Positions 18,239 through 26,650 of a stretch of DNA of 32,862 nucleotides are shown here, one piece after another (position 1 is the first letter of the stretch; each line of letters starts with the position of its first letter). The position numbers and the translations under genes are program-made. The DNA is from an uncultured Pseudomonadales bacterium (lineage in GTDB: Bacteria; Patescibacteriota; Microgenomatia; UBA1400; CAYNFZ01). The DNA lies in contig CAYMQI010000006.1 of assembly GCA_964392715.1 (NCBI GenBank), forward strand, positions 1-32,862. Reading direction: 5' to 3'. The notes below the pieces were generated by a model. That model saw only the letters and a program-made list of their open reading frames with translations. It had not been told where the DNA came from and ran no database searches.

Positions 18239-18940
18239 ATGTCCAAACCCACACTTTATATTCTCCATGGCTGGACCAAAGACGTCTCCAAGTGGCCACC
18301 CTTGGTCAAACTCCTGGGTAAAGCCGGCTTTACCGTCAAGCTGCTCAAAATCCCCGGCCTCACCGCTCCCCTCGACAAGGTTTGGGGCCTCAACAACTAC
18401 GCCGACTGGCTCGCCGGACAGATCAAAAACGACCCAAGCGCCATTCTCATCGCCCACAGCAATGGCGGCCGCATCGCCATCCGCTACGAAACCAAGAATC
18501 CCGACCGGGTCAAGAAACTCATTCTCATTGACTCCGCCGGCATCCGCCCCATGAGCCTGGCAGCCCGCGTCAAACGAGCCTCTTTCATGACTATTGCCAA
18601 GATCGGCAAGAAAATCACCCAAAATCCAGGGGCCAGAAGTATTCTCTACAAACTCGCCAAAGAGCAGGACTACTACCAAGCCGACAAAACCTTGGCCCAA
18701 ACCATGGTCAACATCATCAACGAGGACCAGCGCCCCGAAATCGGTTTTGTCAAAGCCCACACCCTCATCCTTTGGGGCCGACAAGACAGCACCACCCCCC
18801 TCTCCGACGGTCGTCTCATCAACAAAGAAATCACTGGCAGCACTCTCAAAATCATCGAAGACGCCGGCCACGCGCCCCAATACACCCACCCCGACATTGT
18901 CGCCGATCACATCCTCCAGTTTTTGAAGCACGCCAAATAA
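18239..18940 (+). CDS. Alpha/beta-fold hydrolase
   Basis: 233 aa. LYILHGW, nucleophile elbow AHSNGG, LILWG..D and C-terminal GH.P catalytic-His context. Confidence 0.85.
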   Translation: MSKPTLYILHGWTKDVSKWPPLVKLLGKAGFTVKLLKIPGLTAPLDKVWGLNNYADWLAGQIKNDPSAILIAHSNGGRIAIRYETKNPDRVKKLILIDSAGIRPMSLAARVKRASFMTIAKIGKKITQNPGARSILYKLAKEQDYYQADKTLAQTMVNIINEDQRPEIGFVKAHTLILWGRQDSTTPLSDGRLINKEITGSTLKIIEDAGHAPQYTHPDIVADHILQFLKHAK

Positions 18941-18942
18941 CC

Positions 18943-20367
18943 ATGTCGCCCTACATCCTGATCCTGCCCGCAGTCCTCTATCTTTTTTGTACCCGCACCC
19001 TGTTCTGGTTAGCCATCTGGCAACAAAAAGAATACCGTCTCGATCGTTTTATTGCTTTTCTCAAAGACAATCCGCAAAGCCTCACTGCTTCATTAATTGT
19101 CATCGCTTTTTCTAAATCCACCCTCAACCGACCCGCCCTTACCCCCAAAGCCTTGCTCACCGCCCTTTCCACCTTTGTTTTAAGCCTTTTCCTCCTCCTG
19201 CTTTCACCCCTTCCCCTTTACTTGAGCCTCCCCATTCTCTATCTCCTCTTACCTCTAGTCATTATCTTCTCTGGCCTGCCTCTGTTTATCATCACCCAAC
19301 TGGCAGCGATCCATTATCAAAATCAAGCAAAAAATCTCATCAAGCGCCATCAACCGCTAATAATCGGCATTACGGGAAGCTACGGCAAAACCACCACCAA
19401 AATTCTCCTTTCCCAATTACTGTCTCAACAAACCAGCGTCTGGCATTCACCCAAATCCTACAATACCCCCTTATCATTGCCCCGCGCCGTCGCCACCGGT
19501 TACACGGGTCAAAAGATCGTCGTCCTTGAATTCGCCGCCTACAAACAAGGTGAAATCGCCCGACTCACCAAACTTTTCCCCCCCAGATTGGCCATCCTCA
19601 CCGGTATCGCCCCCCAACACCTGGCCATCTTTGGTAACACCCAAAACATCATCAAAGCCAAATCAGAGCTTCCCGCATCTCTACCCAATAGTGCCAGCTT
19701 CATCTTCAACGACCGCAACCAGCTCGCCAGCGAGCTCGCCCAAACTTTTCCTAATCTAAAACTCATCAAGGCCTCCTCTTCAGATCTCTCTAAACCCTCT
19801 CTAGATGACCAGGGACACTTGAGCTTTACTCTCGCCGGTCAGAGAATCAATACAAAGCTTCTGGGCACCCACTATTTCACCAACCTCCACGCCGCCATCA
19901 CTGCCGCCCAAACTTTCGGCCTCGGTGACAAACAAATCAAAGCTGCTCTTGAATCTTTCAAGCCGGGCTCTGAATTTATCGGCCTCTCCACCACCCACTC
20001 CGGCCACCAATTACTAAACGACGGCAAAACCAGCAATCCCGACGGTTTTGAGGCCGCCGTCGACTTGGCCGCCCATCTAAAAGCCACCCAAAAAATCATC
20101 ATCACACCTGGTATTATTGACTTGGGCACCTCAAGTCAACAAATCCACTTCGACCTAGCCAAAAAGGCGGGCGCAATCTTTGACCGATTTATCCACACCG
20201 GCCCCACCCAGACCCAGATCATCAGGCATCTTCTAGGCATCAAGTATCACCAAGTAACCTCGGTAGATCAGCTTAAGGCAGCCATCACCAACATCAAACC
20301 CCACTCGCTCATCCTCATCGAAGGTAGAATCCCCGATACTTATTACCAACTTCTTAAAAATCTCTAA
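18943..20367 (+). CDS. Mur ligase family protein (MurF-like) with hydrophobic N-terminal membrane domain
   Basis: An N-terminal region of about 130 aa holds several TM segments (PAVLYLFCTRTLFWLAIWQQKEYRLDRF...). Then P-loop GITGSYGKTTTK, LEFAA..QGEI, ILTGIAPQHL..FG, GTHYFTNLHAAITAAQ and NDGKTSNPDGF, as in MurF. ATG 18943 is 2 nt after the hydrolase stop. The track start at 18772 is an artefact. Confidence 0.8.
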   Translation: MSPYILILPAVLYLFCTRTLFWLAIWQQKEYRLDRFIAFLKDNPQSLTASLIVIAFSKSTLNRPALTPKALLTALSTFVLSLFLLLLSPLPLYLSLPILYLLLPLVIIFSGLPLFIITQLAAIHYQNQAKNLIKRHQPLIIGITGSYGKTTTKILLSQLLSQQTSVWHSPKSYNTPLSLPRAVATGYTGQKIVVLEFAAYKQGEIARLTKLFPPRLAILTGIAPQHLAIFGNTQNIIKAKSELPASLPNSASFIFNDRNQLASELAQTFPNLKLIKASSSDLSKPSLDDQGHLSFTLAGQRINTKLLGTHYFTNLHAAITAAQTFGLGDKQIKAALESFKPGSEFIGLSTTHSGHQLLNDGKTSNPDGFEAAVDLAAHLKATQKIIITPGIIDLGTSSQQIHFDLAKKAGAIFDRFIHTGPTQTQIIRHLLGIKYHQVTSVDQLKAAITNIKPHSLILIEGRIPDTYYQLLKNL

Positions 20368-20368
20368 T

Positions 20369-21586
20369 ATGCACTCAGTCTTTAATTCTCTCGGCTCCAA
20401 CTACGACCAACACTTCATCAGCAAATCCCGGCAGCTTTTGTTTTCACCCTGGACCTGGCGCAGTTTCAAGTCAGCCCAAGAACTCGAGAGCCTCCTCAAA
20501 AAGCAGTTTGCCGCCGACACCGTCTACCTCACCTACAAAGGCCGCCACGCCATCACCTTGGCGCTCCAACACCTGGGCATCAAACAAGGCGATCAGGTTA
20601 TCACCCAAGCCTTTACTTGCTGGGCCGTCGAAGAAGGCATCAGAAACTCCGGCGCCAAGCCCGTCTTTGCCGATACCGATAGCCATTCTTTAAACCTCTC
20701 TATCTCCACCCTCATCGCTGCCCACAAAAAAGCCCCCGAGGCCAAAGCCGTCCTCATCCAACACACTCTGGGTTTCCCCGCACCGATCAAAGCCATCAAA
20801 GCCTTCTGCCAAAAAAACCATTTGTTCCTAATCGAAGACCTCGCCCACGCCTACGGCACTAATGACCTTGGCGGTGTTCCTCTTGGTACTTACGCCGACG
20901 CCGTGATTCTTTCTTTTGGCCGCGACAAAATCATCGACGCCATCTCCGGCGGCGCCCTCATCCTCAAGCACCAGCCCGCCTCCGAGCCAATCATTGGCAA
21001 TACCCCAACAAGCCGCATTATCATCGACCTTCTCTACCCTCCCACCACTAGCCTGATCCGCCGCACCCACCAAGCCTTTATCGGCAAACTCATCCACCGC
21101 CTCCTCAAAAAAACCCCCATACTTACCAACCCCATCCAAAGCACCACTTTCGGGATCACCAGCCTCCCGGCACCCCACGCCCAACTCGCCCTCGACTCAA
21201 TCGCCAACCTCCAGTCCCAACTCGAGCACCGCCGTCAAATCACCAAGGTCTACCTCGAGCAGCTGGAAATTTCCACCTTCTCCACGAGTACCCAAGCCGC
21301 CCCTCTGCGCTTGCCCTTATTGGTTCCCCAGCGCGCCGCCCTGATCAGCCATCTCAAAACCTATCACTTCCACATTCCCGACACTTGGTACAAAAAGCCC
21401 GTCGAAACCGGTTCCCTAACCCACACTTTAAGCCTCTACCCCAAGGGCTCCTGTCCAAACGCCGAAAAACTTTCAGCCAGAATAATCAATTTACCCACTC
21501 ACATCAACGTGAGCCCCGCCCAAGCTGGGAAACTCGCCTTGCTTGTCAACCAATATGTCGCTAAACATCAAACCAATCACCGATAA
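20369..21586 (+). CDS. DegT/DnrJ/EryC1/StrS-family PLP-dependent aminotransferase
   Basis: 405 aa. GDQVITQAFTCWAVEEGIRNSGAKPVFADTD, LIEDLAHAYG and SFGRDKIIDAISGGALIL (PLP-lysine context). Starts 1 nt after the Mur ligase stop. Confidence 0.8.
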   Translation: MHSVFNSLGSNYDQHFISKSRQLLFSPWTWRSFKSAQELESLLKKQFAADTVYLTYKGRHAITLALQHLGIKQGDQVITQAFTCWAVEEGIRNSGAKPVFADTDSHSLNLSISTLIAAHKKAPEAKAVLIQHTLGFPAPIKAIKAFCQKNHLFLIEDLAHAYGTNDLGGVPLGTYADAVILSFGRDKIIDAISGGALILKHQPASEPIIGNTPTSRIIIDLLYPPTTSLIRRTHQAFIGKLIHRLLKKTPILTNPIQSTTFGITSLPAPHAQLALDSIANLQSQLEHRRQITKVYLEQLEISTFSTSTQAAPLRLPLLVPQRAALISHLKTYHFHIPDTWYKKPVETGSLTHTLSLYPKGSCPNAEKLSARIINLPTHINVSPAQAGKLALLVNQYVAKHQTNHR

Positions 21587-22580
21587 GCCCACTTGGGAAC
21601 AGGTTGTCAAAACTTTCCCCGAGGCCAACTTCCTTTCTTCCTGGAACTGGGGCGCCTTCCACGCGTCTCTTGGCAAACAAGTTTTTTATCTGGGCATCTA
21701 CCAGGACAACCAACCCCAGGGTCTAGCTCTGCTCGTCAAAGAAACAGCCAAGCGCGGCAATTACCTCACCATTGCCGGTAGTCCTTTGCTTGACTGGAGC
21801 CAACCGAAGATTTTCACCACCCTTACCCAAGCGCTCACCGACTTATCCCGCCGGGAGCACTGCCTTTTTGTCCGCGTCCGCCCCCAAATCCTTGATACCA
21901 AAGAAAATTCCGATCTGTTTCTTCACCAAGGCTTCCGCCCATCCCCCATGCACTTGACCGCCGATCGCACTCTCCAGCTTAATCTCAAACCGTCTCCGCA
22001 AGAAATTCTTGCTCAAATGCGCAAAAACACCCGCTACGAGATCAACAAGGCCGAGAGACTCGGCCTCACCGTCAAAACCAGCACCGACCCCAAAGACATT
22101 AAAGAATTCCATCGCCACCAGCTTATCCTCGCCCAAAAGCACGGCTTCGTCCCTTTCTCCTATGATTTTCTCCACCACCAATTCCAAATCTTTGCCCGCG
22201 ACCACCAGGCCTTACTTTTCCACTCCTATTACCAAAACACGCTCCTGGCCTCCGCCTTTATCATCTTCTACGGCCCCGAAGCCGTTTACCACTACGGCAT
22301 CTCCACGCGAGACAACCAAAAGCTCCCCGGCTCCTACGCCGCCCTCTGGGCAGCCATACAGGAAGCCAAAAACAGAAATTTGGACCGCTTCAATTTTTGG
22401 GGCATTGCTCCAGAAGGCCACATCCACCACCGCTTCTGGGGCGTGACTGTCTTCAAAAAAGGCTTCGGCGGAGAGGAAGTGGCCTACTTACCCGCCCACG
22501 ATCTACCCACCTCACCCCTTTATCCACTCACCCGCGCCTTCGAATCCTTCCGAGCCAAAAAAAGAAACCTCGCTAGTTGA
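21555..22580 (+). CDS. FemAB-family (FemX-like) aminoacyl-tRNA-dependent peptidyltransferase
   Basis: FLSSWNWGAFH, MRKNTRYEINKAERLGL, YHYGIS, PGSYAALWAAIQEAK and NFWGI...GVTVFKKGFGG are FemAB/lipid II glycyltransferase family motifs. Overlaps the DegT gene by 32 nt. Confidence 0.82.
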   Translation: MSLNIKPITDKPTWEQVVKTFPEANFLSSWNWGAFHASLGKQVFYLGIYQDNQPQGLALLVKETAKRGNYLTIAGSPLLDWSQPKIFTTLTQALTDLSRREHCLFVRVRPQILDTKENSDLFLHQGFRPSPMHLTADRTLQLNLKPSPQEILAQMRKNTRYEINKAERLGLTVKTSTDPKDIKEFHRHQLILAQKHGFVPFSYDFLHHQFQIFARDHQALLFHSYYQNTLLASAFIIFYGPEAVYHYGISTRDNQKLPGSYAALWAAIQEAKNRNLDRFNFWGIAPEGHIHHRFWGVTVFKKGFGGEEVAYLPAHDLPTSPLYPLTRAFESFRAKKRNLAS

Positions 22581-22596
22581 TTGACGTCACCTCCTC

Positions 22597-22625
22597 TTAA
22601 CAAACCCACTTTCCCAGGTTAAAAT
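22597..22625 (+). promoter_or_regulatory. Candidate promoter for the MacA/MacB-like exporter genes
   Basis: TTAACA (22597-22602), 17-nt spacer, TAAAAT (22620-22625). Shares CAGGTTAAAAT with the secA upstream region. The TGACGTCA palindrome lies at 22582-22589. Confidence 0.5.
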
Positions 22626-22683
22626 GGTCAATGCCTTAAACCAAGCGACGTGTTTGGTTCTTAATCTGTTGCCCATTTCGCCT

Positions 22684-23751
22684 ATGAAAAAATTGCTCTC
22701 TCTTCCCGCCAAACTTTTCAAATCTATCTGGTCTAACAAGCTTAAGTTTTTGGGCCTACTCATCGTCATCCTTATCCTTGGCTTTGTCATCTTCACCAAA
22801 ACCAGGCCCAAACCAGAAGAGTTTACTCTCGTCAATCCCCAACAGGGTAACATCAAACAAACTCTGGAACTGGCCGGCAAAATTGAGGCAGGAGACAAAG
22901 CCGTCCTCCACTTTCAAAGCGGCGGCAAGCTCACTTGGGTCTGCTGCAAACAAGGCGATCGCGTCGAAAAATACCACGCCATCGCCAGTCTCGACAAAGT
23001 CACCCTCAAAAAAACTCTCGAGCGTAAATTAAACGACTACCTCATCTCCCGCTGGAGTTTCGAAGAAAACCGCGATCAAGCGGGCGTCACTGACTTCGAC
23101 CTCAATCTTTTTTCCCTCTCCGACACCCTCAAAAGAAGCCTAGAAACCGACCAATTCAACTTAAACAAGGCCGTCATCGACGTCGAACTCCAAGACATCG
23201 CCAATCAATTGGCCACTATCTACTCACCCATCGCCGGCGTCCTCATCAACACCACCCAAGATCTGCCCGGCGTCAACGTCTCCGTCACCGATTCCTGGAC
23301 CGTGGTCGACCCCGACAGTCTCTACTTCGAAGCCGAAGTCGATGAAGTCGACGTTGGCGCCGTCAAAACCGGCCAAACCGTCGAAATCAACCTGGACGCC
23401 TTTCCCGATCGAACCATCAATAGCAGCGTCTCATCTGTCGACTTTGCCGCCTCACCTGGTTCATCCGGGGGCACCGTCTTCAAGATCCGCTTCTCCCTTA
23501 CTCCGGGAGAACTCGACTACCGCCTCGGCTTTAATGGCGATGCCAACATTATTTTGGCCGAAAAACAAGACATTCTCACCATTCCCGTCGACTCCCTTAT
23601 CGAACGCGACGATCAAACTTTCGTCAAGGTATCAACCAACCATCGCCAAGAAGACCGCCAGGTCCAAATCGGTATCAGAGACGACAATTACGTAGAAATC
23701 ACTTCAGGACTCACCCCAGATGACCAAGTCGTCCTCCCCCAAGCCAACTAA
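22684..23751 (+). CDS. HlyD/MacA-type periplasmic adaptor (membrane fusion) protein
   Basis: N-terminal TM FLGLLIVILILGFVIF, lipoyl-like hairpin (GD.VEKYHAIASLD ... IYSPIAGVL), and beta-barrel/MPD region (VKTGQTVEINLDAFPDRT, VQIG..DDNYVEITSGL). ATG 22684 preferred to the track start 22624. Confidence 0.82.
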   Translation: MKKLLSLPAKLFKSIWSNKLKFLGLLIVILILGFVIFTKTRPKPEEFTLVNPQQGNIKQTLELAGKIEAGDKAVLHFQSGGKLTWVCCKQGDRVEKYHAIASLDKVTLKKTLERKLNDYLISRWSFEENRDQAGVTDFDLNLFSLSDTLKRSLETDQFNLNKAVIDVELQDIANQLATIYSPIAGVLINTTQDLPGVNVSVTDSWTVVDPDSLYFEAEVDEVDVGAVKTGQTVEINLDAFPDRTINSSVSSVDFAASPGSSGGTVFKIRFSLTPGELDYRLGFNGDANIILAEKQDILTIPVDSLIERDDQTFVKVSTNHRQEDRQVQIGIRDDNYVEITSGLTPDDQVVLPQAN

Positions 23752-24442
23752 TGTCGTCCTCCAACTAAAATCCGTCACCAAAACCTACCACTTGGGCGAC
23801 GAAACCATCGACGCCCTCAACCACGTCAATGTCCAGATCAAACGAGGCGAGCTCATCAGCATCATCGGCCCTTCCGGCTCCGGCAAATCCACTCTCCTCC
23901 AAATCGCCGGCCTTCTCGACAAGCCCACCTCCGGTTCCGTTTACCTAAACGGCCAACTCGTATCCAGCATGGACGAAAAACAACTGGCCAAGGTCAGAAA
24001 CAAGCAAGTCGGTTTCATCTTCCAACAATTTAACCTCCTCAAAAAAACTTCCGCCCTCGACAATGTCGCCCTGCCCCTCATCTACGCCGGCATCGCCAAA
24101 AAAACCCGCGACCAAAAAGCTCGACAAATGCTAGGGAAAGTCGGCCTCAGCGACAGGCTCAAAAACACTCCAGCTCAACTTTCCGGTGGCCAACAACAAC
24201 GCGTTGCCATCGCCCGCGCCCTAGTGGTTGACCCGAGCATCATCTTTGCCGATGAGCCGACCGGCAACCTCGACTCCAAAACCGGCCGCGAAATCATCAA
24301 ACTCCTCAAAGACTTAAATGGCGAGGGCAAAACCATCGTCATCGTCACCCATGAGGAAGAAGTCGCCGCTATCGCCGCCCGCCGCATCACCATCCAGGAC
24401 GGCCACATCACCGCCGGCAATTCCGAAAGACTAACCAAATAA
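23720..24442 (+). CDS. ABC transporter ATP-binding protein, MacB/LolD type
   Basis: GPSGSGKSTLL, QQFNLL, LSGGQQQRVAIARAL, IFADEPTGNLD, VTHE. Overlaps the adaptor gene by 32 nt. Confidence 0.93.
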   Translation: MTKSSSPKPTNVVLQLKSVTKTYHLGDETIDALNHVNVQIKRGELISIIGPSGSGKSTLLQIAGLLDKPTSGSVYLNGQLVSSMDEKQLAKVRNKQVGFIFQQFNLLKKTSALDNVALPLIYAGIAKKTRDQKARQMLGKVGLSDRLKNTPAQLSGGQQQRVAIARALVVDPSIIFADEPTGNLDSKTGREIIKLLKDLNGEGKTIVIVTHEEEVAAIAARRITIQDGHITAGNSERLTK

Positions 24443-24447
24443 AGATT

Positions 24448-24547
24448 CAATGTTTAGATCGTTGGAAATTAGAAATTGGTCATTGATTACTTGTCCTCCA
24501 TAGCTTCAGCGAAAGAGGAGAAATTGGCAACTAGCTATTAGAAATTA
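24448..24547 (+). repeat. Repeat-rich spacer inserted between the ABC ATPase and its permease
   Basis: Blocks CAATGTTT (24448), TTGGAAATT (24462), AAATTGGT (24473) and GTCATTGATTAC (24479) recur in the same order at 27793-27869. Internal direct repeats ATTAGAAATT (24468 and 24537) and AGAAATTGG (24471, 24519) flank the hairpin TCCTC...GAGGA (24494-24519). Confidence 0.65.
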
Positions 24548-24562
24548 CCACCTGACAGTATC

Positions 24563-25771
24563 GTGAATCTCGAGAACACTATCAAGGTCGCCCTCAAGGC
24601 CATCACCACCAACAAGACCCGTTCCTTTCTGACGACTTTGGGCGTTATTATTGGTGTTGCCTCCGTCGTTCTCCTGATTGCCATCGGCAACGGCCTCAAA
24701 TCCTACATCACCGACCAGTTTAACGACTTGGGGGCCAACGCCTTCTACGTCGTTCCCGGCAACCCCTTGGGCAGCGGCGGCTTTGGCCGCGACCAGCAAG
24801 TCGCCTCACTCACCAGCAACAAACTCACAGCCGGCGACATCAGCAACTTGAAAAGACTGGGTGGGGGTATCAAACGCGTCGTTGGCTGGAACCAAACCAA
24901 CGCCGACGTCTCCTACAAAGATCAAGAAAAATCCCTCACCATCCTCGGCACCGACCCCGACTACCAATACATCCTCAACACCAACACCCAGTCCGGCCGC
25001 TTCTTTACCGACGCCGATAACGTCGCCAAACGTCGCCTGGTGGTCATTGGTCCTGAAGTAGCCACAGACCTCTTTGGCAAAGTCGACCCCATCAATAAAC
25101 GCATCAAAATCACTGGCCAAAGCTTTACCGTCATCGGTCTAACCGAGGCTAAAGGCGGTGGCTTCGGCGGCCCTTCCTACGACTCCTATATCTACGTGCC
25201 CATGCAGACCTACTTTAATCTCTTTGACACCAGACAAATTCTGGAAATCGCCGTCCAAGTTGACAACCAAGACAACGTCCAAGAAACCATCAAAGTTGTC
25301 GAAAATTACTTCCTCCAACGGCTCGAAGAGGATGAGTTTTCAGTTTTGGAAGCCACCCAAATTCTTGACGTTATCAATCAAATTCTTTCCACCCTCACCC
25401 TTGGTCTTGGCGGCATCGCCGCTATCTCACTCATCGTTGGCGGCATTGGTATCATGAACATCATGCTCGTCTCTGTCACCGAGCGGACCCGCGAAATTGG
25501 CTTGAGAAAAGCCTTAGGCGCCACCCCCAACGTTATCCTCGCCCAATTTCTCGTCGAATCGGCTACCCTCTCAGTCCTGGGCGGCCTCATCGGCTTGATC
25601 CTTGCCTTCCTCGCTTCCCTGGCCATCAATAACTTCTTCCCGGCACGGGTCAGTCTCGATGCCGTCATCCTCGCATTTGGTGTCTCCACCATCATCGGCA
25701 TCGTCTTTGGCGTCGCCCCCGCCCGGCGCGCCTCACAATTAAGCCCCATCGAAGCCTTAAGGTACGAGTAA
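24563..25771 (+). CDS. MacB-type ABC permease (MacB_PCD plus FtsX-like 4-TM domain)
   Basis: GTG start. NKTRSFLTTLGVIIGVASVV, an extracytoplasmic domain of about 220 aa, ERTREIGLRKALGA, C-terminal PARRASQLSPIEALRYE. Confidence 0.9.
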   Translation: MNLENTIKVALKAITTNKTRSFLTTLGVIIGVASVVLLIAIGNGLKSYITDQFNDLGANAFYVVPGNPLGSGGFGRDQQVASLTSNKLTAGDISNLKRLGGGIKRVVGWNQTNADVSYKDQEKSLTILGTDPDYQYILNTNTQSGRFFTDADNVAKRRLVVIGPEVATDLFGKVDPINKRIKITGQSFTVIGLTEAKGGGFGGPSYDSYIYVPMQTYFNLFDTRQILEIAVQVDNQDNVQETIKVVENYFLQRLEEDEFSVLEATQILDVINQILSTLTLGLGGIAAISLIVGGIGIMNIMLVSVTERTREIGLRKALGATPNVILAQFLVESATLSVLGGLIGLILAFLASLAINNFFPARVSLDAVILAFGVSTIIGIVFGVAPARRASQLSPIEALRYE

Positions 25772-25808
25772 TCTTTTTTCGAAGGCTCAGATCTGTTAAA
25801 TTATTAGC

Positions 25809-26234
25809 ATGGGCAAGAAAAAAAAGAACAAGGAAGGCGGCCGAGGCCTCTTCTCCAAAAGAAACAAACACCTGATCATCCGCCTGACACTAATTGGCCT
25901 CCTGGCACTGGCCGCTTATGCTCTCTATGACCCCTCTATCATCAGCAATAGCCAAATCCGTTCCCAAGTCGAGTCCGTTCGCAACCAGGCCGGCAGCCTC
26001 AATCTAAACTCCCAGGAAAAACTGGCGAGCTTTGTCGCGGGCAAACCCAACCTTTCCTTCCTCGACAAATACCTTCCCCAAGGCGCCGTTTTAGGGGACA
26101 AACAAGTCAGCGTCGACGAACTCCTCGGTCAAGCCGCCGAAAAACTCAAACAACTGCCCGCCTCACAAGTCGAGCGCATCAAAGCCGACTTCTGCGCCGG
26201 CTACATCGCCACCCCCTCAGCTTTCAATCAATAA
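25809..26234 (+). CDS. Hypothetical single-pass membrane protein
   Basis: 141 aa. Lys-rich N-terminus, TM LIIRLTLIGLLALAAYALY. No recognisable domain. Codon bias matches neighbouring genes. Confidence 0.6.
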   Translation: MGKKKKNKEGGRGLFSKRNKHLIIRLTLIGLLALAAYALYDPSIISNSQIRSQVESVRNQAGSLNLNSQEKLASFVAGKPNLSFLDKYLPQGAVLGDKQVSVDELLGQAAEKLKQLPASQVERIKADFCAGYIATPSAFNQ

Positions 26235-26243
26235 CGACAAGTC

Positions 26244-26624
26244 ATGACTAAGCAAATTCATCGTAAAAAAATCAGTCGAAGACCGACTTTTTTCCTTGGC
26301 TGTTTCGTTGTGGGTGTTTTTATTTATCTATACACACAATCCGAATTAAGGTTTATCTTTTATCCAGAGATCGATACCATATTTGCACCCGGCTTTTCCC
26401 AACAAAAATTTTCCCAGATCGAAGCAGGCATGACCAAACAAGAAATCTTAGATATTTTAGGAGAACCCCTTAACATCATGGGTGAACATCCAGCCCTAGT
26501 TTGCTGGCAATACTCAACCGATGGCAAACTCTGGCCTTACGCTGACTTTTCCTATTTCCTATACCAGGTTTGTTTTCAAAATAACCTCGTCGCCAGCACT
26601 CCTGTCTACGAATTTTCTAATTAA
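26244..26624 (+). CDS. Small membrane-anchored protein with SmpA/OmlA (BamE-like) motif
   Basis: 126 aa. TM FFLGCFVVGVFIYLY. FSQIEAGMTKQEILDILGEP...W.Y resembles the BamE/SmpA_OmlA signature. Confidence 0.55.
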   Translation: MTKQIHRKKISRRPTFFLGCFVVGVFIYLYTQSELRFIFYPEIDTIFAPGFSQQKFSQIEAGMTKQEILDILGEPLNIMGEHPALVCWQYSTDGKLWPYADFSYFLYQVCFQNNLVASTPVYEFSN

Positions 26625-26650
26625 TCCAATCTCTAGTCTATAATACCCCC

